A program made the position numbers and the translations under genes. Below the pieces are notes generated by a model. That model made no database searches. It saw only the letters and a program-made list of their open reading frames with translations, and was not told the origin of the DNA. A DNA stretch of 64,000 nucleotides from Eutreptiella sp. 'Long Island Sound 2002' (lineage: Eukaryota; Protista; Euglenida), in NCBI GenBank assembly GCA_964036045.1, contig OZ038378.1, positions 16,306,001 through 16,370,000 on the forward strand. The letters run 5' to 3'. Of the stretch, positions 49,034-60,092 are shown in pieces (the first letter of the stretch is position 1; each line of letters starts with the position of its first letter).

Positions 49034-49908
49034 GGGGGGGGGGTACTTTTCACATCTGTGTTGGGCCTGTGTTAACACAACGCATGAGGTGTTAACACGT
49101 CCAATAGGTGTTGTGTTGTGTTGTGTTGTGTTGTGTTGTGTTGGTGTTGTGTTGTGTTGTGTTGTGTTGTGTTGTGTTGTGTTGTGTTGTGTTGTGTTGT
49201 GTTGTGTTGTGTTGTGTTGTGTTGTGTTGTGTTGTGTTGTGTTGTGTTGTGTTGTGTTGTGTTGTGTTGTGTTGTGTTGTGTTGTGTTGTGTTGTGTTGT
49301 GTTGTGTTGTGTTGTGTTGTGTTGTGTTGTGTTGTGTTGTGTTGTGTTATTCCTTGTTTTGTACCCAAAGCCCCAACCCAAGCCCAAACCAAAGGGCAAA
49401 CGTGCCAAGCGTGGTGCAGCACAACCAGATGGTACTGAATGTGTTCCACCTGAGGTTGCGGCCAAACCTGCAGCACCAGCAGAGGTGCCTCACGTGCCTG
49501 TAGAAGGTGTTGCATCTGAAGTTGCTGCCAAACCTGCAGCACAGGTGTCTCAGGTGTCTGCAGAACGAGCTGCAGGAGGCGCTGGAGGCGCTGCATCTGA
49601 AGTTGCTGCCAAACCTGCAGCAGAGGTGCCTCAGGTGTCTGCAGAAGGTGCTGCAGGATGTGATGCGCCTGAAGTTGCTGCCAAACCTGCAGCACGAACA
49701 GAGGCACCTGACACAACACACAACACAACACAACAACACAACACAACACAACACAACACAACACAAAATCTTTGGCTTCTTGTGTTGCCATGGGGTGGAC
49801 AAAGGGGGGGGGGTACTTTTCACGTCCGTGTTGGGCCTGTGTTAACACAACACAGGATTGGGTGGGGGGGGGGCTTTCCACCTCTGTGTTGGCCGGCCGT
49901 GTTAACAC
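49034..49908. repeat. Foldback microsatellite structure bounded by direct repeats
   Basis: (GTTGT)n at 49109-49347 and the complementary (ACAAC)n at 49712-49764. A repeat of about 24 bp occurs four times between them. Flanking direct repeats of about 48 bp start at 49034 and 49804. Confidence 0.9.
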
Positions 49909-50054
49909 GCCTAAAAAAAATCCCCCAAGTTGAGCAACCACTCCGTGAGTGAAGAGCAAAGCATGAATTTGTCAAAGGGACTGGGTGGCCATTGGGACCC
50001 GCAAAGGCAAAGCTGATCACATGTACATAAGCTGCATATTCACAAAAACCGAGC

Positions 50055-52014
50055 ATGTGCAAAAGTGCATACACCGGGGCTGCAGCAGCACCACGTTTGT
50101 CTGTGGACGTTGCTCTCCAAGCCCGTTCCCTTTTGCATGCTCAGCACCTCGTTGGAGGTGTATTTGACAAGTTCCTCACCAAGAAATATGGGGTGTGCCA
50201 TATCCTGCATGAGCGCCGTTTCGCTTCTGACACAGTATTTGGGACCCGCTTCTTGGTGTTTGGTGTGGGTGAGTCATGGCGCACAGCACACTTGAGTGCA
50301 CTGTATACTATTGTGCAACGAGCTTGTGCTAAATGGGTTGTGTCTGGTGTTGTACGCCATTGGGCGTGTAGACGGATATAGCGTGATCCCGGCCTCTTTG
50401 CTATGTGGTGGGAAGAAATGTTTCTCGAGCCCAACATGAACGGTGTGTGCATGTTGGCGCCCACGTTTTTTAATATGCTCAAGTGGAAGTTCACAGAGGG
50501 ATGTTTTCTGACCCGAATGCTGAAGTGGCATGACGTGACAGAATTGTTTTGCAACATGGGGTAAGATCATCAGCCGGGCTCTTGAGCAATTGATTTCCTT
50601 TACTGTAGCCGCTCTCCCCACACATAGCTTCCAGCAACTACCCGGTGTTCGAGATCAGGCACGCGCTGTGCGACGCTTGAGTGCCCCTTCCGGCTCCAAA
50701 CTGTTTTGGGAAAACACGGAGGACATGTTTTGGGAGATTCCTAAAGATGACATCCTTACCCCGGTGCGCTGGGCTTGTTCCCTTGTAAAACCTGGCACCG
50801 GGGCTGAGTCCCTGATGTTTGCGATTGCGAAGGGTCATCTCTTTGGACCAGTTCCACAACGTGACGTCTGCGGAAGTCCTTAGGTACATACAGTTTGAGT
50901 TGTATGACAATGAACTTTTTGTGTTAGGGCCCTTGATCCTTTCGGGTTCCTAGAGGTGGCTTTTTGTCTGCACAACTGTCGGAGCTGTGGGCCCTATGTA
51001 GAGAGTGGTTATATGGTTTTGGTGAGCACCGGGGCGCAGTGTGCAGCGAATGGTCTGCGGCTATGCAACAGCATGTTTGTGGCTCGGCTTCTTGTGTCAT
51101 TTCTGCTGAGTTCTCACTGATTGGTGACACGGATTTTACCCTGTCTCCATTCGTTGCGCAGACGATGCTCTGCAGGCAGAACCTCATGGGACACCCCTGG
51201 ATTGCCCACGTCAGCCTGCTAGCCTTATCCCAACAGGGATTTGATGGCTGGTGGAACCCGATGGAAAAACTGTTAGGGTGCATGCACTTGGGTTCACACA
51301 ATGTCCTGCTGGTACACTCCACTGCATGGGATGGTGCACCAGATGGGCGGTTGGGAGCAATTATGCGTGGAACCCTGCGGCATGATCAGCATTTGACTAG
51401 GCAGCTGTGTAAAGACAACCGGGCGCTTCCCTATGTTTTGGTTGAGGTGCGATCTGCTGTGCCACATGATGCACAGTATTTCCCACCGGTGCCTATTGTG
51501 CTCCTGTCACGATTTAAGGACAATGTCGACCGGGTATGTTTGAATATACCGGAAGAAGTTGTGCCGGGTATTACAGAATTTTAGCAACTTGTCTATGGGC
51601 TTAGATTGAAATGGGAGCAGCATGGTGCCTTGGTGACGTGGGGGGAGGAAAAACTTGGTGCCACCCCCAGTGGTGGTGGCATTGTACTGTAAAGCATATA
51701 CCCTATCCCTTGCTGCACCTACGTCACAATCGGAGTGGGGCACGTGGGTGGACCGAGCCAGTCCACACAGTCGCATTGTCTGGGGCTCACAGTTTCCAGG
51801 ACTGTTGCACAAGTGCACTTGGTACACCCTAAATGTGCCGTCCCTCCAAGCGAATCTAAGGTCCGTGATGTGGGGGGTAGGGTGCAAGGGATACCCCCAG
51901 AGGTGGTGGATGCGAGCATTACGGCGCTTTTGGCGTGAGTATGTGCTTGAGTGCCTTGTGCCGTTCCGCCATATGATGTTATGGGTCCGTGAAGGTGCCA
52001 TGCATAGCACCTAA
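50055..52014 (+). pseudogene. Second, divergent Penelope-like reverse transcriptase (decayed)
   Basis: Motifs LFWENTEDMFWEIP (A), VPRGGFLSAQLSEL (B) and SRFKDN (C). VYGLRLKWEQHG and the C-terminal KCTWY...NL..V...GCKGYPQRWW align with the first RT. Stops and frameshifts are present. Confidence 0.72.
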
Positions 52015-52204
52015 GCAGTAGATGCAGGCCACACGCTTTAGTGTGGGGGTGGGGGTGGTGGGGTCCGTGGGGCTGCGCCGGCTCCGGCACAGGAGCTGCC
52101 AAGGCAGCTCCACCGCGCCCTCCCCCCACGGATCATACATGATGCATGGGCATGAGACGTGATGTGAATGCATATATCGTAGTTACATACGAGAGGTGAG
52201 AGTA

Positions 52205-52445
52205 AGGTGCAGTAGGGTGAGGGGGGGGGTCGGAATCTCCGCGTGCCGCCCCGTTTTGTGCCGTGCCGCCTATGGGGGGGGGGGGGAAAGAGGCCTTGTG
52301 CTGTCACGCGACTATGTGTGGTGCCTTGTGTGCAGTAGGGTGAGGGGGGGGGGTCGGAATCTCCGCGTGCCACCCCGTTTTGTGCCGTGCCGTGCCGTGC
52401 CGTGCCGCCATGGGGGGGGGGGGGGGGCAAAGAGGCCTTGTGCCA
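52205..52445. repeat. Tandem duplication of about 120 bp with G tracts
   Basis: gcagtagggtgagggggggggtcggaatctccgcgtgcc...gaggccttgtg occurs twice. Confidence 0.85.
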
Positions 52446-53072
52446 CGGAACGCCTACTGCATAAGGTAAAGCGAAAACGAACTGAGTGCACGTCATCATG
52501 CAGTTTCAACCACCACACTTGTTGTCTGTGTTTCAGTTAATGGCCGCGTGATCAGCTTTATCTTTGCCTGTGTGCCCCTCTCACTTGTTGACAACCGAAT
52601 GGTTTTCCACAAACATTGCTTTCCTTGCCTAGATCTGCAATTAAACAAACTCACAAACGGTCCGTGCCTTTAAGGGCCGGTTCTCAGTAGGGTCCGAGGG
52701 GCTATGAACAGGGAGGGGGGGGGGGGCGTAAACTGCGTGTGCCGCCCCATGCTGTGCCGTGCCATGCCATGGGGGGGCGTCAAAGGTGTTGTGCCGCAGA
52801 ATACGTAGTGCACAATCCCTAAATGCTTGAGACATCCGAACTTATCAGCCGGCACCAACAAAAGCAGATGCGTCAAGTGGCTAGCTATGGTGGCTATGGG
52901 AGCTATCGTTGACATTCAAGCTAGGCGTACATTCACTTGATGCATCATCACCGCAACCATCGACCCACATGTTCCCTCAGTCTTTTTTTGTGCAAAAGAG
53001 TTGTACGTGACCTGCCTTTGTTGCACGTGATCTGGCTTAGCCGTTCAGTGGAGAGTGCCCTTTCTTGCTGCG

Positions 53073-53424
53073 ATGACACTACCACGGCAAATACCCTCCT
53101 TTCGTCTCGCCACGTGCCAAAGCTCAGCATTGGCTACACGCGTGCACAACGCAAAACAAGTCCTTCAAGACGCCGTTGCACGCTTTGGGCTAGAGCAAAT
53201 TAGCCTTAGCTTTAACGGTGGGAAAGACTCTGTGGTGCTATTGTGGCTGTTATGTGATGCCATTGGCCTTGCACGTGCTCGAAAAGTGTACACTTTCACC
53301 TTTTCGGAGGCAGAACCATTTCCAGAGCTTGAGCACTTCATCAAGGACATCACACACCGTTCCGGAGTGGATCTCCATGTGCTACCATGCAAATCTCACC
53401 GTGAGGGCCTTAAAGAGGTTGCAG
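53073..53424 (+). CDS. FAD1: FAD synthase (FMN adenylyltransferase, PAPS-reductase family), exon 1
   Basis: ATG at 53073; contains ISLSFNGGKDSVVLL (PP-loop) and EPFPELEHFI. The phase-1 donor is g|gtactg at 53424/53425. Confidence 0.9.
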
Positions 53425-55834
53425 GTACTGCCAGCATTTTTGTTTACCCAATTGATCCGAGAAATGCACAATGAATGGATGCATGGATGTTTTACCCCCC
53501 CCCCCCCCAGACATAGTGCACATAGGTGATGCAGTGCGCTGTGTGTGACACGCATCTCATGCAAGGCTTGCTACAGTGGGTGTGGCGATGTGTCTACACA
53601 GAAAGAAGGCACAAAGAGCGGATCCACGCACATACTGGCATAGTATGCAAGTGGCGACACCGCTTTCCGAAAGGGGGTTCCCAACCCACTTGTTGAACCT
53701 GAGCAGATAGACGAAGGCGTTCTCGAGTGTGTGAAAGTATGTGACGCAAATTATGAAGGAAGCAGGCGGTTGGGAATGTGGGTCTTCAAACAATGCCAGC
53801 GTGCACAGCAGATGCTCAACAGCTTAAAAAGGCGTAAATCTGAGCCAAGAGGTATACTATGTTGGGAGTGTTATCATTGCTATCCAAATGGGTTCAACAA
53901 TAGTTTGCTTTGTTATATCCCCTTTCGAGAAACCAGCAAGCAAGCACTCTGGCCCTGGTGGTTCAATTTCCGCTCAGATGTTGTGGATGATGCCCTGTGA
54001 AATGAATGTGAAGTCCAAAGGTTGAGCGGAAAACTCCCTGTTTTTGGCCGCGGACCGCCTTGGATTCTTCGTTATTTACAGACTCTTGCGGCATCTGTGA
54101 GAGGGTAGGTTTTAGTGCCCTGTGGATCCCAGCACTTTTTTGGCCACGTTGCTGACTATGTTTTGAGCACAGTAAGTAAGTACAGCAAGTAGGCACTAAA
54201 AGCCACCCTCTCACAGTCCGCGATGCGTCCGCGATGCCTGGTTTTGATCTCACAACCTCTGCAACGTGCCTTGTCACAAATTCATGCACAATGCACATGC
54301 ATGGGGGGCATTGCAAGTATCCCCCTATGGCGAACACCCCGGGGGCATAACCATGGGTACATGTGCATGGCGTGATCAGGAATCTTACAATGAATGAACC
54401 ACATTGCATGCCTCGTGTTATTGCAGTCTCTGGGCAATGTTTCAAATTGCACGTTCCCGCATTGGGAAGGAGCACCCTCCCCCTTTGTTCACTCCCATGC
54501 GTAGTAGACAGGTAGGTGATCACCCTCTCTTGGGGTGATCACAATTTGCCAAGCTTATCACATCGGCCATGGGGTTCTATGTGAACCCAATATTCACCAA
54601 CAACACCCTAGAAAACCCCCCTAGACACACCACACACTAGGTAAAGTGTGCACACATGGAGTTGCAGCCTGTGCGACTGAGCCCAACAATTGGGACCCTG
54701 CCCCCCTGCCCTCGTTTCTCCCTTCTTCCCCCCACACGCAAGATTGATTTGCAAGGTTGGTTGCCAGAGAGCAGGGAGAATAGGGCAGTGGGGGTAGCAG
54801 TGGGGTTCAGAGGGCAGGGTGGAGTGAGAAGGATGCCAGAGCAACCCCCGCAACCTCGTCACTTAATTGTAGGAAAATGGGAGTGGTGGGGCGGAAAATG
54901 GAAATGGGGGGCTGGGGTCGGGGAAACGAGACAGAAATGGGATGGGGGGGGGAGGTGAGGGGGAACAGGCAGGCAATGGCGGGTCCTGCTCTTGCTGGTT
55001 TCGTTACAGAACATAACATGGTAATATTACTGCGGTGGTGGGTTTTGGTGTGTCATTAATGGGCAACTGTGAGTTGTGTGATGTGTCTCTGCCAATCTGT
55101 GACGCGCCCTGGTCTTCCGGCAACATGATCAGCAAAGTGTGCACCCAGTACTCCAGGCCGATGCTCCATGCTAGGAAATGTGATCACCCATGGAAGGTCT
55201 TATCCCTGGACTGCCTAGTCCAACTGTGTCCCATTTTCTGCACCAGCTCCATTGACTACATGTGGACCCACCTTGAACTGCACCCCTGCCAGCCAGCTGA
55301 GCAAGTGCATGGTGGGTCAGGGCGAAGAAGGAAAAGAACACGCATCCGACAGCTTTTTGTGACGGTGTACAGTATTGGGTACGGCGTCGTTCCTTGCCAT
55401 TGCTCGCCATGGCATGATTTTTTGACACCCACCCCCAACCCCGCATGGCTGGCTTAGCTGGTTAGGTTGGCAGCCGTTGGAAACCTGTGACTTGGCCAAA
55501 CCTCGCCAAGTGTAGCGACCGGCTGGCTGGCTTGTGTGGGTCCCTGGGTAAGACCCTCCCCCCCCCCACACCACACGCCAGCGCCTACCCCTACAGCTCC
55601 ACCAACGCCGCAGCAACACTGACACCAACAATGGCAGAATGCGCACACCCATGCAGCAACAACAACAACAGAGGGCAGCCCAGGACAGCACAGGACAGCC
55701 CAGAAAAGGCGCCTGGGGCTTGGAAAGTGCTGAGGGAGAAGCGGCAGTTCCAGTATAAGTGCAAGAAAGCAAGGGTGCAGAAATGGTTGGAGGAGACAGA
55801 AAAGCAACGACAACGGTGTCGGCAGGCATATATC

Positions 55835-56602
55835 GCACGAAGTCGCCCCCCCCCTACCTTGGAGGTAGGGGGGGGGATAGGGGGGGGGGGGTTGGGGGGG
55901 GTAGGGGGAGGGTAGGGGGGGTAGGTGGGGGGGGTTGGGGGGGGTAGGGGGGGGTAGGGGGGGGTAGGGGGGGAGGTAGGGGGGGGTAGGGGGGGGAGGT
56001 AGGGGGGGGGTCGAGAAGGTAGGGGGGGGGTAGGGGGGGGAAGGCGGTGCACACACAAGGCGGAACACACAAAAGGCGGCCTGTGGCCACCGCAGGAGTC
56101 TTGTTATTTAAGGGGCCACAGGCAAGGCGGTACACACAGAAGGCGGTGCACACACAAGGCGGAACACACAAAAGGCGGTCTGTAGCCACCGCAGGAGTCA
56201 TGTTATTTAAGGGGCCACAGGCAAGGCGGTACACACAGAAGGCGGTGCACACACAAGGCGGAACACACAAAAGGCGGTCTGTAGCCACCGCAGGAGTCAT
56301 GTTATTTAAGGGGCCACAGGCAAGGCGGTGCATACAGAAGGCGGTGCACACACAAGGCGGAAAACACAAAAGGCGGTCTGTAGCCACCGCAGGAGTCTTG
56401 TTATTTAAGGGGGGTGCGGGGGCTGGCCCCCGCGTCGAGCGAAGCGAGCCGTCTGTCGAGCAAAGCGAGCCGAAGGTAGGGGGGGGAGGTAGGGGGGGGG
56501 AGGTAGGGGGGGGAGGTAGGGGGGGGGAGGTAGGGGGGGGGTTAGGGGGGGGTAGGGGGGGGGGTAGGTAGGGGGGGCAGGTAGGGGGGGGCGACTTCGT
56601 GC
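55835..56602. mobile_element. TIR-bounded (MITE/foldback-like) element with G-rich tracts and 99-bp tandem repeats
   Basis: TIRs are GCACGAAGTCG(C)9TACC at 55835-55858 and GGTA(G)8CGACTTCGTGC at 56580-56602. (G5-7TA)n-like tracts lie at 55862-56040 and 56476-56590. About 3.7 copies of a 99-bp unit span 56041-56410. Confidence 0.7.
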
Positions 56603-57130
56603 ATACTATCCGGCAGGAGAAGACCACAGCGAAGCGAGTGAAGGGGGTGACGGAACAACAAAGAGACAAGAACACTACCGCCAGGGATGAAGAAGTTGAT
56701 TTTGTCCACCACCCAATGCATGATTGCAGTGACAGTGATAGGGCAGGAGAGGAGCAACATGCGCATTAGGAGTTTAGAGGAAGCAGAGTAAGGATAAGAC
56801 CGCCGAAACAAGAAGATCATTAGAGGGAAGGCGGGAGGACAAAAAGTAGCCAAGGAAGACAGGCGTGGCAGCAAGGGAAACAACGGCGGGCACATAATCA
56901 CGGGGCTTAGGGGGTAACCACAGGTGGGCCAGGGCGTGCGGTTGGTCGGAATGACATAAGGGGCCTTGCAGGGGTGTAGGGGAATAATCGAAGAAGTGGT
57001 GGACGGAAAGGCCCAGGTTGACTGGTGGGAGAAGAGAGGAGAGTACGAGTGAACAACCGGAAGCTGAGAACTGACGTGGAGGTGGAGCCGGTGGAAGTCT
57101 TGCCACCGGATTTGTAGAGGTCGGTCTGCA

Positions 57131-57345
57131 GGCCCAATTAGGAGTCACACCTTGGGCAACCAAGGAGGAAGTCAAGGCAGCGTACAAGAAGATGGTTCTC
57201 AGACTTCACCTGGGGCAAGCAAGGAGGAAGTCAAGGCGGCGAACAAGAAGATGGTTCTCAGACTCCACCCAGACAAAAACAAGAACAACCAGGAGAAAGC
57301 AACAGAGTTGTTCAAGCGGTTGAATTCGGCATATGAGAACTCGAG
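57131..57345 (+). pseudogene. J-domain (DnaJ) relic inside the FAD synthase intron
   Basis: LGVTPWATKEEVKAAYKKMVLRLH is followed, after a 59-bp internal duplication that shifts the frame, by LRLHPDKNKNNQEKATELFKRLNSAYE (HPD motif). Confidence 0.8.
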
Positions 57346-59745
57346 GAGTAACAAGACAATAGCAGGGCAGGGAGGGAACAACCAACTGGCCCCACAGCCA
57401 CACTACACAAACTTTGAGTTTAACCCGACATACTTTAGATCGAATTTCTGCAGACAAAATGAACTGCATGGAGAGACTCCACAGCGGGCCCGGCAACCAA
57501 GCAGAGAAGAAGACAGAGGGGACCAAGGGTTGGAACAGACGTAGAGTTTGTGGTTGTGGGGAACAAAAAAAAGTCAAAGGGCGGAGCCACAGCCGACAGG
57601 CGCGCCACCACAACACATACAGCACAAATATGACCAGACCACTGCTTTTTGGAGAGAAATTCAGGTGGTACACAACAGACCTACTCGGCTACAGGGGGGC
57701 GGCATACCGAGGGAAAAGAGGAGACGGGGATGGACAGGAGACTACCCGAATGGAGGAACATGAATGTACCTCTTGGGACCATACAAAGTCTACCTGGTCC
57801 AGGGAGTGGGAGGCTGTGTGTGGGTACCGAAGGAAAGGATATAGGCACCTGAAGTGTTTATTGTGGGAGAAGGGATACACTTCACAGTGGACGACTCAGT
57901 GAGACTCATGGCGCAACTAGACCACGCAAACATCATCGCAGCAGAATTGGGGTTGAGAACGTATGGATACTAACACACTCAACAACACAAAATACCGCAC
58001 ACTACAACAACCACACAGGGGCACGGAGATGTGGGGGAGACGAGGGATAGGGTCACCGATGGCGGACACAACCCCGTCAGGACTTGAATATTGAGGCTGA
58101 TTTGGTTGCTAGTGCCGCAAGAAACCACATCACCAACTGCAACGCTGAAACCACTTAGAATGGGCAATGCCCCCCCCCCCCCACCACCAAGGCCTTGTGC
58201 CAACCCCCCCCCCTCCCAACACACCACACGCTAGCAACTACCCCTACAGCTCCGCCGCAGCAACACCGACACCAACAATGGCGGAACGCACACACCCATG
58301 CAACAACAATAGAGGGCAGCCTAGGACAGCACAAGACAGCCCAGAAAAGACGCTTGGGGCACCATGGGCCCTGGGTGATGTGGCAACAGAAACTTTACAG
58401 GGGAGGGGGGGGAGGCTGCGGACTCCTCCCTCGCCCCAATTGCGGGGATGCGTACGAAGGGAACTGGCCCCGGTCCCGATCCCTTAGACTGACGGCGGGC
58501 GCTACGTGCATGATCTATCACCGCCATGGCAGCTAAGGCCAACATGCCATCAAAAAGCATGCAACTATGCCCAAGACAGACTGGGATATGTGGGCCAGCA
58601 GAAGCAAGTGGCCAAAACCACCAACACCAAGCACACCAACTCCAACAAGGAGCCCCCTTGAGCCAGGATCTTCCTCCTCAAGGGGAAGGAGGGGGCAGGG
58701 TGCGACGAACCCACTCCCACTCCCCCTCCCCCGCCCCCTCCTCTACCCCCTCCCTACAGCAACACGCTCCCCCGCCACCCAATGCCCCCCAGGGCAGAAA
58801 GAATAGGGAGGGCCCAGAGGAAACTGGGCATGGGGAAAGGGACAAACAAGAGGAGATAACAGGACAGGGCAGACCGCGCTCGCTGAAAACGGTGCAGAGC
58901 GCAGAAGGAGGAGAAGGAAAGGAAAAACGGGAAAGACTCATTGTGGTTGTTAGAAGCCCCTGTCAGGAAAATTATTCTGCAGATGCACACCCCAGCGCGC
59001 ACAAGTCAGTGCTGGAGTCGGCAAACCCAGCATGGAGTCGGAGTGTGCATCTGGATGCACCTGGTCAACGGCATGGGCAACAGCCCGTCTCCAGGACAGC
59101 CGGCCCTGGAGTTGTCAAACAGGACAAGTCATCCAGGGGCTCTGTTGACACAACCAAAACACGTTTGAACCCACAGAGGGTTAGAATGAGCAGTGGCAAG
59201 AGGCCAATAGGCGCCGCCAAAGGCAAACAATCTAATACCGAGGCAGCCGTTTTGGAAGTTGTCAAAATGCTTTGCAAGAGAGCTGAGGCTCTGCGATTCA
59301 CTACAAGTCAAGTCCAAGAGGATTGATTTGTGCATGGTGAAATCAGTGTGAACCGGCATAACCATAACCGGCTTTTGGAGAAAGAATTGCTCAACCCCAA
59401 AGGGAAATACCAGTTGTGATTGGTTGCAGGAAAGCAAAAGCAGCACTGTGGAACTGTGGTGGCGTGCGGTTTCATTGGTCCAACATCGTTTGACCACAGC
59501 CTACCTTCCTGAAATATGGCAACATGGAAAATTGAACCGTTGGCATTGATGGCATGCAAAGACAAGGCGACAATCACCGAAACCCTTTGTGGTACATTTT
59601 TTCATGCATTCAAACTCTTTGTATCCAAATTTGCTTTTGCAGCCAGATTGATTGGTTGGAATGTAAGTGCGCCCCACAAATTGTCCCCCGGACCAAGTCT
59701 CCTCGGTCTCATGCCCTTGACCAGTCTTTCCGGCAACTCTTGCAG

Positions 59746-60092
59746 GGCGCGGGGTGCAAGCAGTGTTATTGGGCACACGGCAAACGGATCCCGATGGCCG
59801 CGGTTTGAGCTATTTTACACCGACATCACCGGGATGGCCGAAGATGGTGCGGGTTTGCCCACTACTCGATTGGGATTACCACGACATATGGGCGTACATT
59901 GCGGCGCATGAAGTCCCATGTTGCTCCTTGTACAGCCGTGGCTACACCTCCATCGGCGCTATCGGCGACACGATTCCGAATCCGCACCTTGCGGTCCCTG
60001 GTACTAACCCTGTGCAGTATCAGCATGCGGCATACCTCACGAATGGGAAATGGGAGCGTGCAGGCCGCAACGTGTTCAGCAGCAAATTATGA
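59746..60092 (+). CDS. FAD1: FAD synthase, exon 2
   Basis: The acceptor ttgcag| joins in frame as GLKEVAG-RGVQAVLLGTRQTDP. Contains RVCPLLDWDYHDIW, CSLYSRGYTSIG and ERAGR; stop TGA at 60090-60092. The spliced product is 232 aa. Confidence 0.93.

Larger units (their letters stand above)
55563..58362. repeat. Direct repeats of about 150 bp (55563-55720 and 58220-58362)
   Basis: cacaccacacgc...tacccctacagctcc...gacaccaacaatggc...agagggcagcc.aggacagcaca.gacagcccagaaaag occurs at both positions. Confidence 0.85.

Noticed and set aside
49072-49959. Long ORFs of 287-295 aa
   Set aside because: They are open only because the GTTGT/ACAAC microsatellites lack stop codons.
53550-53800. Possible third PLE-like relic on the minus strand (LENAFVY...GNPLS)
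   Set aside because: Only one short motif; motifs A and C were not convincingly found.
56041-56410. 99-bp repeats as a CRISPR-like array
   Set aside because: The units are contiguous and near-identical with no unique spacers, and the context is eukaryotic.
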